Below are positions 11,256 through 24,678 of a DNA stretch of 64,000 nucleotides, piece after piece. The stretch lies in the NCBI RefSeq assembly GCF_021028975.2, contig NC_059427.1, positions 161,820,001 through 161,884,000 on the forward strand, given 5' to 3'. The notes beneath the pieces were generated by a model. It was not told where the DNA came from, did not search any database, and was given only the letters and a program-made list of their open reading frames with translations. The stretch comes from Sphaerodactylus townsendi. Its lineage: Eukaryota. Every line of letters begins with the position of its first letter. The first letter of the stretch is position 1. The position numbers were made by a program, and so were the translations under genes.

Positions 11256-12431
11256 AGCATGCGGGATCATGTTGAAACTGTATTTATTCTTTGCCAATTC
11301 CCACCAAACACCCTGACCCTTCATCCATGTCCCTATGTAGTCACTCCAACCTCTCAGCCAGCCTTTTTTTCCTCCTCCCCTTCCTCCCTCCAGAACTTTC
11401 TCCCTCTGTCATATTGTTTGTTTTTTTTCAATGTAAACATAAAGGCACAGAAACAAGCCAGGTTGATTTATCAGCTTTGTCAATTTCATCCCATAGTGAC
11501 TGATGTCACATTAATAGTGCAGAGATACTCCATGTCCATACTGGGGAGTGAGTGAAATTGGTAAGAAGGAATTGATTGCTGCCTGATGAGCAGCAAGCTA
11601 CTGCCAGTCCACAGACCACTGCATCTGCCAGATGCTGGAGCCTTGCTGGTCTCACATGCCAAGACCCAGGCAGCAAACTAGGAAGTGAAGCAGCCAAGCT
11701 GCATGCTCACCTTTGCCCGGCCAGCTGCAATATAGCCGCTTGTGATGAAGTCGCGAGCACGCATTTTTTGTTGATGCTAAGGACTTTGATTCACGTGGGA
11801 GGTGACCACCCAGCCCTGAAGTGGGGGGGGAAATTCTAAGCCCAGATATTTAAAATGAGCTTAACTTGCTCCAATTGTTTAAGCTTCTGTCAAGAGGGGT
11901 GTCAGGATCTTAGAAAAAAACCATAACCTTTAGACTTAGTTTTACCTGATGACAAGGTTGTTGGTACTTCAATATTTCCCACACATTGGTTTTAGAAATT
12001 AAATTTAGGCCCTGCTTTGTGCATGTAAAGCAGGATAGCATCATCTACAGCGTAAAGCAGAATAGGGAATCCTCTTGAATTCCACAGGGAAGGACCTACG
12101 TGAATCAGCTCCCCTCAGGTCCAGGCCTAAGTCATTTAAGAAAAAGTTAGGAGTGTAGGGTCAAGAATACAACCCTCTGTTTAACCCCCCTCTGTTGGAT
12201 GGAATTTTGGCGGTGAGTGCTCCTTCATTGGTACATTTCACTCTAACAAGCAAGTTGTTAAGCAATGGAATGTAATAATGAGAGAAAGTAGTCTTTTTTT
12301 CTATACCCATCCCATTCTAACTTAACTTGCTCCAAAGGGGAGGTCTCTGGGAACAGAGTCGAGAAGGCAAGCACAGAGATCAAGAAAGGCAACATAGAGG
12401 TTTGAGCTTTTTTCTCTAGTGTATTTAGTCT

Positions 12432-12590
12432 GGCTCATTCCAAGACATGCAAAATAATGCTGCACTTTCAGAAAAGCTGCTTCTCAGTGCTCTTTTTGAA
12501 GCTAATGCAGGAATAGCAAAATTAAACTTGCAAAACAGTTGTGAAAGTGGTTTGAAAACACACATTATTTTGGCGTGTGTGGAAGGGGCC
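12432..12590. mobile_element. Harbinger MITE family A (indel-rich copy)
   Basis: GGCTCATTCC...GTGGAAGGGGCC. Confidence 0.75.
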
Positions 12591-12939
12591 TTAGGAGTGT
12601 TCAAAACCAAACAGTGGTCAATACAGCAGAATTGGCTCCCCACTTAAGAAGCCAATCTGCTCATAGTCGAATTATGCTGTTGTCTGATATCCATGTTCAG
12701 GCGGTTTTAGCATACAGTTTCCTGGTAACTGATAACAGAATTTCTTCACTATCCCTCCTTTATTCCTACACGGATGGGTCCTGGAATTTGCCTCTTTTGG
12801 CCGCCATCCAGAAGTCTCCCTTGCCTTTCTACCTTGCACGTGTAAGATAGAACCTGTAGTTTGCCAGAATGACAGCAGCTGGAGACTACCAGAGATCTGT
12901 TCCCCTGGAGGAAATGGCACCACCAGAGGAAGGACTCCC

Positions 12940-15900
12940 ATAAGAACAAGCCAGCTGAGATCACACCAGAGTCCGTACAGACCAGCGCTCTGCTACACCA
13001 AGCGAGTGGCCCACCAGGAGCCTTTGGGGAGCTCACATGAGGGATGTGAAAGCAAGAGCTCTTTGCTGCTGCCTGCTCCCGAGCACCTGGTCTGCTAAGA
13101 CATTTGCAATCTGAGATCAAGGAGGATCAAGATTGGTAGCCATAGATCAACTTCTCCTCCATAAAGTGTCCCGAAGCCCTTTTTTAAAGCTATCACGGGT
13201 TAGTGGGCCATCACCCTCCTGTGGCAGCATATTCCAAACACTAATCACACGCGTTATTGTGAAGAAGTCATTTCCTTATTAGTCAGTCTAATTCTCCCCT
13301 CCCAGCATTTTCAATGTATGCACTCTGGGTTCTAGTGACAGGAGATTGTGAGAGAATTTCTCTCTGTCAACATTTCTACCCCAGCCATAATTTTATAGAC
13401 TTCAATCATATGCCAGTCCAGGTGCTTCGGGGAGCAACAGCCACAGAAGGCTGAAGATTGCTTTCACCTCCTGCATGTAATGAGCCTCAAAGGCACCTGG
13501 TGGGCCACTCTGCGGTAACAGAGAGCTGGACTAAATGGACTCTGGTCTGATCCGGCGCTGGCTGGTTCTTATGTTCTTATGTTCTTATGCCTCTCAGATG
13601 TCTCACCTCTCAAAACTAAAGAGTCCTAAAAGCTGCAGCTCTCTCTTCATAAGGAAGGTGCTCCAATCCCTCAATCATCCTCGCGTTGCCCTTCTCTGCA
13701 CTTTTTTTCTGTCTCGCCGATATCCTTTTTTGAGATGTGGTGACCAGAACTGAACACAGTACTCAAGTTCGCTGCACAACTTCTGCTTTATATAAGGGCA
13801 TGATAATCTTTGCAGTTTTTTTATTATCCAGTTCCTTTCCCTAATGATCCCCAGCATAGAGTTTGCCTTTTTTCACAGCTGCCATGCATTGAGTTGGACA
13901 TTTCTGCATGGAACTACTCAACTAAGACATGGAAATCCCCTTTCCTGGTCTGTGACTGATAGCACTGGACCCCCTGTAGTGTGTATGTGAAGTTTGGATT
14001 TTTTCTGCCATTATGTGCATCACTCTTACATTTTGCTACGTTGAACTGCATTTGCCGTTTCTTAGCCCACTCCACCTAATTTATCAAGATCCGGGTTGGA
14101 GCTCTTTCAGCGAAATCGCCTAGCGGTTCTCACCACCCTACATAATTTGGTATCATCCACAAACTTAGGCCACCATGCTACCCAGCACCCTACTTCCAGG
14201 TCATTTTATGAATAGGTTAAAGAACGCACTGGTCCCAAAGCGGATCCTTAGGGGACACACCACTCCCCAAGCATCTCTCCATTGCAAGAACTTCCCATTT
14301 ACACACCCACCCCTTTGCTTTCTGTTCCTCAACCAGTTTTAATCCATAGAAGGGACTTCCCCTCTTATTCCATACGGTTGGTGAGTTTTCTCAATAGTAG
14401 TCTCTGGTGAGGAACTTTGTCAAAGAAATATTTTAAAATCCAAGTAGACAATGTCTATTGGTTCCCCCTTATCCCACATGCCTGTTTACACCCCTCAAAG
14501 AACTCTTCCCTCAGCAGGTCTTGCTTTTCTACATGTTCTATAATTTTATCTTTAATGTTAGATTCCACTAATTTACCAGGAACAGATGTCAAAACTGACT
14601 GGCCTGTAATTTCCCGGGTCCCCCCCCTTGATCCTTTCCTTAAAGATTGGTGTGACATTGGCCATCTTCAGTCTTCAGGGATGGAGCCTTGGATTTCAGG
14701 GATAAAGTTGCATATTAAAGTGAGAAGATCAGCAGAATTTCATGCTTAGATGCTCAGCTAGGAACCTCTTGGGTGAATGCAATCCTGGGCCGGGGATTTG
14801 GTAGGCATTTAGTTTATCAATGGCTGCCAGAACTTGGCTTACATGTCTACCACCATTCTCTTGCTAGTTCGCTTGGATCTAAGCCTCCCTAAGAAGCTTG
14901 GTTCAGGGCAGGAATTTTCCTCACCTCCTCTTGGGTGAAGACAGATGCAAAAGTAATTCTTTCAGCTTCTCTGCAATCTCCCTGTCATCTTTTAGCACAC
15001 CTCATTGTTCCCTTTGTCACCTAATGGGCTCCTACTGCTTCCCTTGGCTGGCTTCCTGCTTTGGTGTACTTGAAGAATTGTTTGTTGCTGATCTTGATGT
15101 TCGCAGCCATGCGTTTCTCATAATCTTTTTTTTCCTCCCTTACCCGGCTAACTTTCTTCTCTTTTAGCCACCATTTGTATTGTTCCCTCTGGTATTCCCT
15201 CCCCAGTCAAGTTGGACTTCCATTTTCTAAAGACATCTTTTTTCCTATGAATTTCCTCAACCTCCCTTATTAACCATGGTGGCTTTCTTCCTGGACTGGG
15301 GCACTGCGCTTTTCCTAACCTCTTGGAACATAATTCCAGCTGAGCTTTTTATAACTGTGTTTTTAAATAACCCCCCAAGCATCTTGGACAGTTTTGACTT
15401 CTCTTGATTTTCTCTCCTTTTCAGCTTCCCAAGCACTCATCCCCCTCTCATCTTTAAGAAATTTCCCTTTCACGAAATGAAGGCGGTAATGTAACTACAT
15501 TAGTAGTTGTCACTTTGTTCACATGCTGAGATACCAGAATCCCGATACAGAATGTGTGGTCACTGTTCCCTATCGGCTCAACAACACTGACTTCCGCACC
15601 AGGTCCTGAGTCCAACATAGAATTTATCTGGGATCACTCTCTCCCCTGGTTGTTTCCACAACCATCTGCTCTTAGCCACAGTCATTTAGGCATATCCAGG
15701 AATGCTCTCCTCACTCACTATGACCTGAACACATGCATTTTTTCCAGTTTATGCTTTGGGGATAATCGATAAGCACTTCCATTACCAACTACATTTTTTT
15801 GCTTTTGTTGACCCTCTCGAATTTCTTTTTTCCATCTCAGAATCTTCTTGTGCACTTTGAAGTCATTAAACTATCCTTCACCCCTAGGTATTGATATCCA

Positions 15901-16085
15901 CTGAAATGCTTCTGTAGGGGGAATCAGCTCCCCTTTGCATTGTCTATTTTATGTGACACTGTGCCTTCTCTTGACCCTTAAATTCACCCCCAATCACTAC
16001 CTCTATCCCATCAACATCCTGTAGAGCTCTGTAACCTGGGATAAACAGCATCCCACTTGGTCTCTCCTCATCTCCGCCATGTCTC
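12940..16085 (-). mobile_element. Long, indel-riddled CR1 LINE (3' UTR to ORF2 endonuclease region)
   Basis: Collinear with the CR1 at 35346-40728; fragments LTSVPGKLVES and LEYCVQFWSPHLKK. Confidence 0.85.
13415..13589 (+). mobile_element. Short CR1 3' UTR inserted antisense within the long CR1
   Basis: Ends (TTCTTATG)3; opposite orientation to its host. Confidence 0.75.
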
Positions 16086-16949
16086 TGTGTGGTTCTCTAT
16101 GGTGTGGTAAACTCTGTGCAGAAAACAGAAATAAGAGTAATATTATATTCCTACTGAGATCTCCTCCTAGATGCCTGTCCCAGGATTTCCAGGAATTTCC
16201 TGGCCAGAGTTGGCAACATATTTCTCAGACAGTTGTGCCCTGCTAGCAGTGAAGCTCATGGAAGTCCCTAGCATGGCGATGATAGGGAACACCCTCCTTG
16301 CCTCTCCCCTCTTTAACATCTTGGGGAGCTGTGACTTCTGGGAAGGTTTTTTAAGGATAGATTTTTAATGCTGGACCCCAAGTGGTTTTTGTAAAAGCGC
16401 TGTAATTTTATAAGTTTTTATGATGTTATTTATATTAATTATTTATTGGTTATGTGGTATTTATTTGTTAAGTTCAATGCCTAAGACTCCTCAGGGATGG
16501 AAGGTCTATAAATATGATAATAAATAAATAATAAATAAAAATAATAATAAATAATAAATAAATAAAATTGTATGGTACGGCAATTTTCAGAACCAAGTTA
16601 TTTGTCAGTTACACAATACTAGAATTGAAGATTAGCTTCCTCATGGGAAAAATTCACTAACTGCTAGAAGAGAGAGGGTTTTTTTTAACCACCTGGAGAT
16701 ACCCAGAAAGACAACACATAAAACTATATGAGATGAAGTGGCCAGATTCACCAGCAAACTCTGGTCACTGGTGAAGAAAAGTTGCACATGAGTTGACAGA
16801 CATCTGCATAACATTGGTATGTTATCCAAGATACTTTATACTTTTGGGTGATCAGATAAATTAATTCTTACTCTACATACTCGAAATGCTCACCCAGGCA
16901 TAGCCCTTCTGGGTGCAGCAGCATGGTAATGATGGCTGTGAGTGGCTAA

Positions 16950-17221
16950 GAGCAGTGGCTAAAGAGCAGGTGCACTCTGATCTGGAGGAACGAAGGTTTT
17001 GATTCCCAGCTCATTGCCGCCCGAGTTGTGGAGGCTTATCACAGAATTCAGGATTAGCCTGTCCACTCCCACACATGCCAGGCTGGGTGACCTTTGGTTT
17101 AGTCACAGCTTCTCAGGCTTCCTCTCAGCTCCCACCCACCTCACAGGGGTGTTTGCTGTGTGGGGAAGGGCAAGCAGATTATGAAGCCCCTTTGAGTCTC
17201 ACTGCAGGAGAGAGAAAGGGG
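16950..17221 (+). mobile_element. Squam3-like tRNA-derived SINE (noisy, ends at gap)
   Basis: Similar to 32864-33168. Confidence 0.75.
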
Positions 17222-17654
17222 NNNNNNNNNNNNNNNNNNNNNNNNNNNNNNNNNNNNNNNNNNNNNNNNNNNNNNNNNNNNNNNNNNNNNNNNNNNNNNN
17301 NNNNNNNNNNNNNNNNNNNNNNNNNNNNNNNNNNNNNNNNNNNNNNNNNNNNNNNNNNNNNNNNNNNNNNNNNNNNNNNNNNNNNNNNNNNNNNNNNNNN
17401 NNNACCTACTACTTGACAAACAAAGCTGGATGGACGTCTCTCAATGACCAAGGATTTTTCCACATGGTAACCAAGGATGCATTCTACAGCTGCTCTGCTT
17501 ATTTCTTTTGTCCCTGTGTATGCTTGCTCCTTTACTCATTCAGTCATATAAGCTGTGAGGTCAGATCTTATCAAATAATATTCTTTGCATGGGGCCTTTT
17601 CCCCTGGTTAGTATCTCAATGGAAGACCATGAAGCAAGCAGCCAATGCATATGG

Positions 17655-18171
17655 CAGTGGTGAGGTGAACCTATGGCACAGGTGCCAGAGGTGGCACTCA
17701 GAGCCCTCTCTGTAAGGCACAGGCAAACAGAGTGCTCCCCCCCACACATCTATATAGGGCTGGCCTGGACCACTGGGCTTTCGACATTAGCATTAAACCC
17801 AACACCTAGTTTTGGGAAAGCAGTGTGGGTAACCCAGTTAAATGCTTTTAAACCCCTTCGAATTTTCAATGCTAAGAACTAAAGTGTGATCCTTCTTTAC
17901 CTGGGAGTAAGCTGGGTTGCTGGCAAAGGGCATTGCTTCTGAATAACCCCTCCTAGGGTCATGATTGGAAGAGTTGCCTATGGTTGCTTCAAAGCAAAGC
18001 CACCAACTACCACCAAGTTTATTCGAAGGTAATGCAATTGGAGCCAACTGTTTTTTTCTAAACTGAAACCTCAGTATTCAGGTAAAATTGCCGTGTTGGC
18101 ACTTGGCGATAAATAAGTGGGTTTTGGGTTGCAATTTGGGTACTCGGTCTCGAAAAGGTTCACCATCACTG
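17655..18171. mobile_element. hAT (Charlie-like) non-autonomous element
   Basis: TIRs CAGTGGTGAGGTGAACC / GGTTCACCATCACTG; related to 54742-55192. Confidence 0.75.
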
Positions 18172-19369
18172 CTATATGGAGGCAGGAAATAGCACTTCAC
18201 GCGGTCTCTTGCTTTGAAAATGCAATTCGGTTACCATAAGTTGGTTGTGACTTGATAGCACTTTCCACCATGACCACCAGTGATTTTCAAGGAGCCCTTG
18301 CCCAAACTGAAGGGCTAGATGAGCAGGAAGCCCTCACCGCAGCAGAGGTCTATAGCACACAGGATCCACGCCCAAATTTAATTTAATTTGCAATGTGTCT
18401 ACAGTCAGAAGTTAACCCAAAACCAACTTCACAGTTATCTAAATATTATTATTATTATTATTATTTATTATATTTCTAAACCGCCCTCCCCCGAAGGGCT
18501 CAGGGCGGTGAACAAACAGATAGATAGAGCACAATAAAATCAATAATCATTAAATAACGGCTCTATATACTTAAAACCAACCCCATTAAAATGCAGCGTT
18601 CTAACATCAATATATCGATGGTGTCCTATTAAACATCCCCTAACGGAAGAGGGGGAAGAAAAGAGGAGAAGAGAGACAGCAGGGTCCACAGATGTTAAAA
18701 AGGGAGATCATTTTTCCCCCCTCTGGTTAAATATGGCAGATCATTTTTCCCCCCTCTGGTCTATTATTTATTCTGCCAGATTAAGAGAATGTATTCTCTC
18801 ATGGAGCAGCCAACAGAACAAAATAACTTTCTCCTATGGCACCGGGACCTACATGCAATCAATGCCATCTTAATCTTCTGGAACCCAGAGATTCATAATT
18901 TCTCCTCAGGTTTGACAAGAGGGGTCTGAGGGGCTTTATAGTACAGTGGGAAAGAACTCTGTTTCTTTGCTAACGAGTAAGGAATAAAGAGCAAATTTCA
19001 CTTTGCAATGGAAAGGTTTTAGATACAGGAGATACCTGAATGCAAAGCTTCAGAATTGCTTGGAAAGGGAGAGGATCAAAAATAGAGTGAAACAGAACCC
19101 TTGTAATATTTATATCGCACTATGTTCCCTGCCTCTTAAATCAACATCATGGAGAACTGAGGTTTGGATAGAAGGGAAGAAGGTTCAATTTCTTTCACGT
19201 TTTGTTTTCCCTCTCCTCAGCAGTTAAACTTTTATGTACATTCAGCATTGCCATGTTTAGATCAGGTTCATGTCTGATGACAAGAGAGAGGCAAGCATGT
19301 GAGAAGTTGTTCATTGATGAAACTGTCTTGTTGTAGCCTTGAGGCTGGATGCCCCCCAAAACCTTGTCA

Positions 19370-20280
19370 GGTGGATTCCACATGGGCCAAAAAACAGCGG
19401 TGTGAAAACGGTGTAAAATGGCTTAAAATGGTATAAAAGGGCTTACACCGTTTTCACACTGTTTCAGGGGTGTAACAAGGCAAACTGTAGCCCTGGGCAA
19501 AACCTGAGTTGGATGCCTGCCCCCGCATGGGCGGCCACCCCACCACGACCAATTTTGTTTTTGCAGCAGGACATTGGTGCCTTCAGGGAGATGGGGCTAT
19601 CCTTTTGAAGGTCCATAACTTTGGACCCCCTGAACCAAACTGCACCAAAATTGGGGGGTGCCATTAGGACAGTCTCCAGATGATACTCTGAAATTTTGGT
19701 GCTGATACATCCAAAAATGCACCCCCTGCAGGAACATCCCAGAAATTTGCCCAAGAATCTTTGTTCTGCATTGAGTTTTCTGCATTGCTGTCAACGGGGG
19801 TTGCAGGCTGGGGGGGGGGTACATTTCTGAAGGCACAGTCTCAAAACTTTCAGGGTCTCATCAGGAGACTTCCTTAATGATACCCCCCCGGTTTGGTGCA
19901 GTTTGGTTCATGGGGGCCAAAGTTATGGACCCTCAAAACTGTAGCCCCCATCTCCTATTAACTCCCATTGGAAACAATGGGGGATGGGGCACCCCCTTTG
20001 GGAGTCCATAACTTTGGACTCCCTGAACCAAACCTCACCAAACCTGGGGGGTAGCATAAGGACAGTCTCCTGATGATACTCTGAAATTTTGGTGCCACTA
20101 GCCTAAAAGCTGCGCCCCTGCAGGCCAAAAATGGAAAATTACTAAAAATACCCAAACACGAACCCTGCATTTTGATGCCCCCCACAAGGTGGTGCCCTGG
20201 GCAGCTGCCCACCTTGCCCAATGGGCATTACGCCCTTGCACTGTTTTCACACCGCTGTTTTTGGCCATGCGGAATCCGCC
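19370..20280. mobile_element. Harbinger MITE family C, interrupted by a hAT
   Basis: GGTGGATTCCACATGGGCCAAAAAACAGCGGTGTGAAAA ... TTTTCACACCGCTGTTTTTGGCCATGCGGAATCCGCC. Confidence 0.8.
19465..20238. mobile_element. Non-autonomous hAT with foldback internal modules
   Basis: TIRs CAGGGGTGTAA / TTACGCCCTTG; 8-bp TSD CACTGTTT. Confidence 0.85.
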
Positions 20281-20503
20281 TCTGTCTTTGCTCCTTGTGA
20301 TATAAAGAGAAGCTGGGGAGGCTCTTGAGATTTGGCAAGTGTCTGTCACACAATTGAGTGAGGAAAGAGTTAACTGTCTGTATGCTAAGTAGACACTGAG
20401 GCCACTGTTTAATGAGAGAGTAAATGGGCTAACCATTGGTCAGCTTAGTCGGACATAGCTAGCAAGTCTTATAGCACGTGTGACCAAAGTTATAAAGCTA
20501 ACC

Positions 20504-20651
20504 CAGGGGTAGGGAACCTGCGGCTCTCCAGATGTTCAGGAACTACAATTCCCATCAGCCCCTACCAGCATGGCCAATTGGCCATGCTGACAGAGGCTGA
20601 TGGGAATTGTAGTTCCTGAACATCTGGAGAGCCGCAGGTTCCCTACCCCTG
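20504..20651. mobile_element. Near-perfect palindromic hAT MITE family E
   Basis: CAGGGGTAGGGAACCTGCGG..centre CCAATTGG..CCGCAGGTTCCCTACCCCTG; TSD AGCTAACC. Confidence 0.9.
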
Positions 20652-20954
20652 AGCTAACCTGTTCCCTTTGTTCCAGCAGAGATAAGAGAAGGCCACGTGT
20701 AGAATGTAGACCAGACTTGCATCAGCTAGCTGGATGCAACTGACAGAAAGCATTTATCTTTTTGTAACCTTGTTTCCCATTATCATAGTTAGTAAAGTTT
20801 TTCTCTTTTTATAAAGCAACTGTCATTGACTCTGTCTTGTTTATTCCTGAAACTCTGCTAAGCTGTGGTTATAAGCACATAATTTTTCCGTCGAGACTCC
20901 TGCCTGAATCTCAGTTCCTGTAACAAGTGAGATTCAATACTCTTCTCCTACATT

Positions 20955-21300
20955 ATTTTTATTTATTTATTTATTTATTTATTTTTAATTTATAATCAAT
21001 TTTATATACCGCCCCTCCCCCGAAGGGCTCTGGGCAGTGAACAACACAATAATAACAGCAATGACATTAAAATCGCAATTAAAACAGCGGATTAAACAAA
21101 ATTACAGCGGCATCCGACAAAACTTCATAAAACGTAATAAACCCACCCTGGAAAACAGACCCAAAAAGCTGAGGGCCCCATAAAATTAAGGGCCCAGAGT
21201 GTAAAAAAGGGGGGAGGAGGAGGAGGGCGCACATCAGCGGTCGGCCCCTCCAAACGCCTGGTGGAACAATTCGGTCTTACAGGCCCTGTGGAACTCTCCG
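20955..21300 (-). mobile_element. L2 LINE 3' end (a related end lies at about 18447-18640)
   Basis: (TTTA)n tail plus CCGCCCTCCCCCGAAGGGCTC.GGGC.GTGAAC; reverse-complement similar to 60230-60293. Confidence 0.7.
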
Positions 21301-21603
21301 CAGACCATTTGGAAAGGTGACTTGGAAAAGCCTGGGGGAGGGGGTTCTGAAGAAGAGGTTTTGGGGAGACATGAACAGAGGCTCCAGAATATTGGAAAGA
21401 CCTATCTGTATCACTAAATGGTATAAGCAGAACAGGAATAACATAACATTTATGGAGGTGGAATAAAGGTGGAGAGAGATGCTGTTCACTAGGGTGTGAT
21501 ATGGTGATCCCAAACAAGCTGCCCACTCATGTGTTTACTGAAGAACCTTTATATTTTCAGGGAGTACCTATTTTAAAATAGTTGCTTCCATCATACGATA
21601 ATA

Positions 21604-21860
21604 CCCTGTTTCCCTGAAAATAAGACCTACCCCCAAAATAAGCCCTAGCATGATTTTTTGGGATTTTTGGAGGATGCTTGAAATATAAGCCCTACTCCAA
21701 AAATAAGCCCTAGTTACAGACTCCCCAGCGCAGCTGATCTGGCCTTGTGGGGTGAGCAAAATCATGGAAAAAAATAAGACAGCCCCTGAAAATAAGCCCT
21801 AACGCATCTTTTAGAGCAAAAATTAATATAACACCCTGTCTTATTTCCGGGGAAACACAG
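21604..21860. mobile_element. Tc1/mariner-type MITE
   Basis: TIRs CCCTGTTTCCCTGAAAATAAGAC / GTCTTATTTCCGGGGAAACACAG; TA TSD. Confidence 0.8.
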
Positions 21861-22518
21861 TACTAAGGGCTGCAGCGAGGAGGAACTGTGCCCTTTGAGT
21901 CTCCTTACAGGAAAGAAANNNNNNNNNNNNNNNNNNNNNNNNNNNNNNNNNNNNNNNNNNNNNNNNNNNNNNNNNNNNNNNNNNNNNNNNNNNNNNNNNN
22001 NNNNNNNNNNNNNNNNNNNNNNNNNNNNNNNNNNNNNNNNNNNNNNNNNNNNNNNNNNNNNNNNNNNNNNNNNNNNNNNNNNNNNNNNNNNNNNNNNNNN
22101 NNNNNNNNNNNNNNNNNNNNNNNNNNNNNNNNNNNNNNNNNNNNNNNNNNNNNNNNNNNNNNNNNNNNNNNNCTTTCCCATGGGCGATTTATACCAGTTT
22201 TAGAGATTTATAGCAAACAGATCGTGCATAGTATATGTACACTCAGTATTACCATGTTTAGGCCATGTCAAATCACGTTCAAGTCTAAAAACTGGAGAGG
22301 GGTGCACGTGTGAAGTTGTTGACCATCCCCCCACCCCCCATTTTTCCCCTATTCAAAATGTCTAGATAATTCTAAAGGATTTCCATTATCTCCTGGTTCA
22401 ACACTGGATTACCTGGGGAACTGGATTCAAAGAACAGGAAAGAATGTAGTGATTAACTGTTAATACAGCCTTCTCTATTTTGACCGACAGGGAACCTGCA
22501 GCAAAATAAAGAGGCCAA

Positions 22519-24206
22519 ATGCACAATCTAACCTCTTTTTCTGATTTTTTGCTCTTGGGATTTTCAGACATTCAAGAACTACAGATCTTAAACTTCTTTG
22601 GGTTTGCAGCAATATATTTGGCAGCAATGACTGGTAATCTTCTCATTATTGTGGCTGTAGCCCTTGACCATCACTTGCACACCCCCATGTACTTCTTCCT
22701 CGTGAACTTGGCTATTGTGGACCTTGGCTTAATTTCTGTCCTTGTACCCAAAGCTATGGCCAACTGCCTCATGGACAGCCGGTCAATTTCTTACTTTGGA
22801 TGTGCAGCTCAAGTATTCATGTATCTCCTTTTTGCTGGTTCAGATTTTTCCTTTCTAGTTATAATGGCACATGACCACTACGTTGCTATCTGCAGTGCAT
22901 TGCAATATGAGACGATTATGCACAAGGGATCTTGCATTTGGATGGCAGCTGGAGCATGGATTAGTGGCCTCCTCTATGCTGTATTGCACACGGGTGGCAC
23001 TTTTGGCATTACCTTCTGCTCCAATATTATCAATCAGTTCTTCTGTGAAATTCCACAGTTACTGAAGCTGTCCTGCTCTGACTTATATCTAGTTGAAATG
23101 AGCCTCCTTATTTTTAGCTTTGTCTTAATGATGGGATGCTTCACCTTCATTGTTTTAACTTATGTCAAGATCTTTGCAATCGTACTCAGAATCCCTTCAG
23201 TGAAGGGTCAGAAAAAAGCCCTCTCCACTTGTATCCCTAAGAACATAAGAACATAAGAACTAGCCTGCTGGATCAGACCAGAGTCCATCTAGTCCAGCAT
23301 TCTGCTACTCGCAGTGGCCCACCAGGTGCCTTTGGGAGCTCACATGCAGGATGTGAAAGCAATGGCCTTCTGCTGCTGCTGCTCCTGAGCACCTGGTCTG
23401 CTAAGGCATTAGCAATCTGAGATCAAGGAGGATCAAGATTGGTAGCCATAGATTGACTTCTCCTCCATAAATCTGTCCAAGCCCTTTTTAAAGCTATCCG
23501 CACGTTGAGTGGCCATGCTCCCACCTCCTGTGGCAGCATATTCCAAACACCAATCACACGCGTTGGTGAAGAAGTGTTTTCCTTTTATTAGTCCTAATTC
23601 TTCCCCAGCATTTTCAATGAATGCCCCTGGTTCTGAAGTATTGTGAGAAAGAGAGAAAAAATTTCTCTCTGTCAACATTTTCTACCCCATGCATAATTTT
23701 ATAGACTTCAATCATATCCCCCCTCAGACGTCTCCTCTCCAAACTAAAGAGTCCCAAACGCTGCAGCCTCTCCTCATAAGGAAGGTGCTCCAATCCTTCA
23801 ATCATCCTCGTTGCCCTTCTCTGCACTTTTTCTATCTCTTCGATATCCTTTTTTGAGATGTGGTACGACCAGAACTGAACACAGTACTCCAAGTGCGGTC
23901 GCACCACGGCTTTATATAAGGGCATGACAATCTTTGCAGTTTTATTCTCAATTCCTTTCCTAATTATCCCCAGCATAGAGTTTGCCTTTTTCACACCTCA
24001 CTGTTGTATCTCTGCTTGTTTTCACTGGACTGTTTGCTTATGGGAGGCCTCCTGCGAACACGTCATCTGATCTTGATATTGTATTCGCAGTAATCTATGC
24101 TATACTCCCTCCACTGCTCAATCCATTCATCTATACCATGAGAAACAAAGCAATGAAGGGTGCTTTGTTGAAGTTGTTCAGATCTGAACATTTTTGTAAT
24201 CACTAA
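22519..24206 (+). pseudogene. OR family-14-like pseudogene split by a CR1 insertion in TM6
   Basis: MHNLT..KALSTCIP (to 23238) | HLTVVS..NPFIYTMRNK (from 23994); also DRY>DHY and AICNP>AICSA. Confidence 0.93.
23239..23993 (-). mobile_element. 5'-truncated CR1 inserted in the OR CDS
   Basis: (TAAGAACA)n tail at left; ORF KKANSMLGII..LEYCVQFW..LFSLERRRLRGDMIEVYK. Confidence 0.95.
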
Positions 24207-24678
24207 CAAAAACTATTCCATGACACTGCGGCTGTGCAATCTACTTCATCTGAATGTTTGTCTTGAATGATTTTTAACCTTGGCTTTTAACACTGGTGTA
24301 TAGAAACATTGATTGCAATGGAACTANNNNNNNNNNNNNNNNNNNNNNNNNNNNNNNNNNNNNNNNNNNNNNNNNNNNNNNNNNNNNNNNNNNNNNNNNN
24401 NNNNNNNNNNNNNNNNNNNNNNNNNNNNNNNNNNNNNNNNNNNNNNNNNNNNNNNNNNNNNNNNNNNNNNNNNNNNNNNNNNNNNNNNNNNNNNNNNNNN
24501 NNNNNNNNNNNNNNNNNNNNNNNNNNNNNNNNNNNNNNNNNNNNGCCTCCAGGCCAATCCTACCACAGAATATAACTAATTATTACATCAGAAGCAATTC
24601 ATTACAGGAGGGCCAGTAACTTACGGAAAAAGAAAGGTTAAATGGAGTTGCTCTACTGGTCCCTGAAACTAGATCTGG

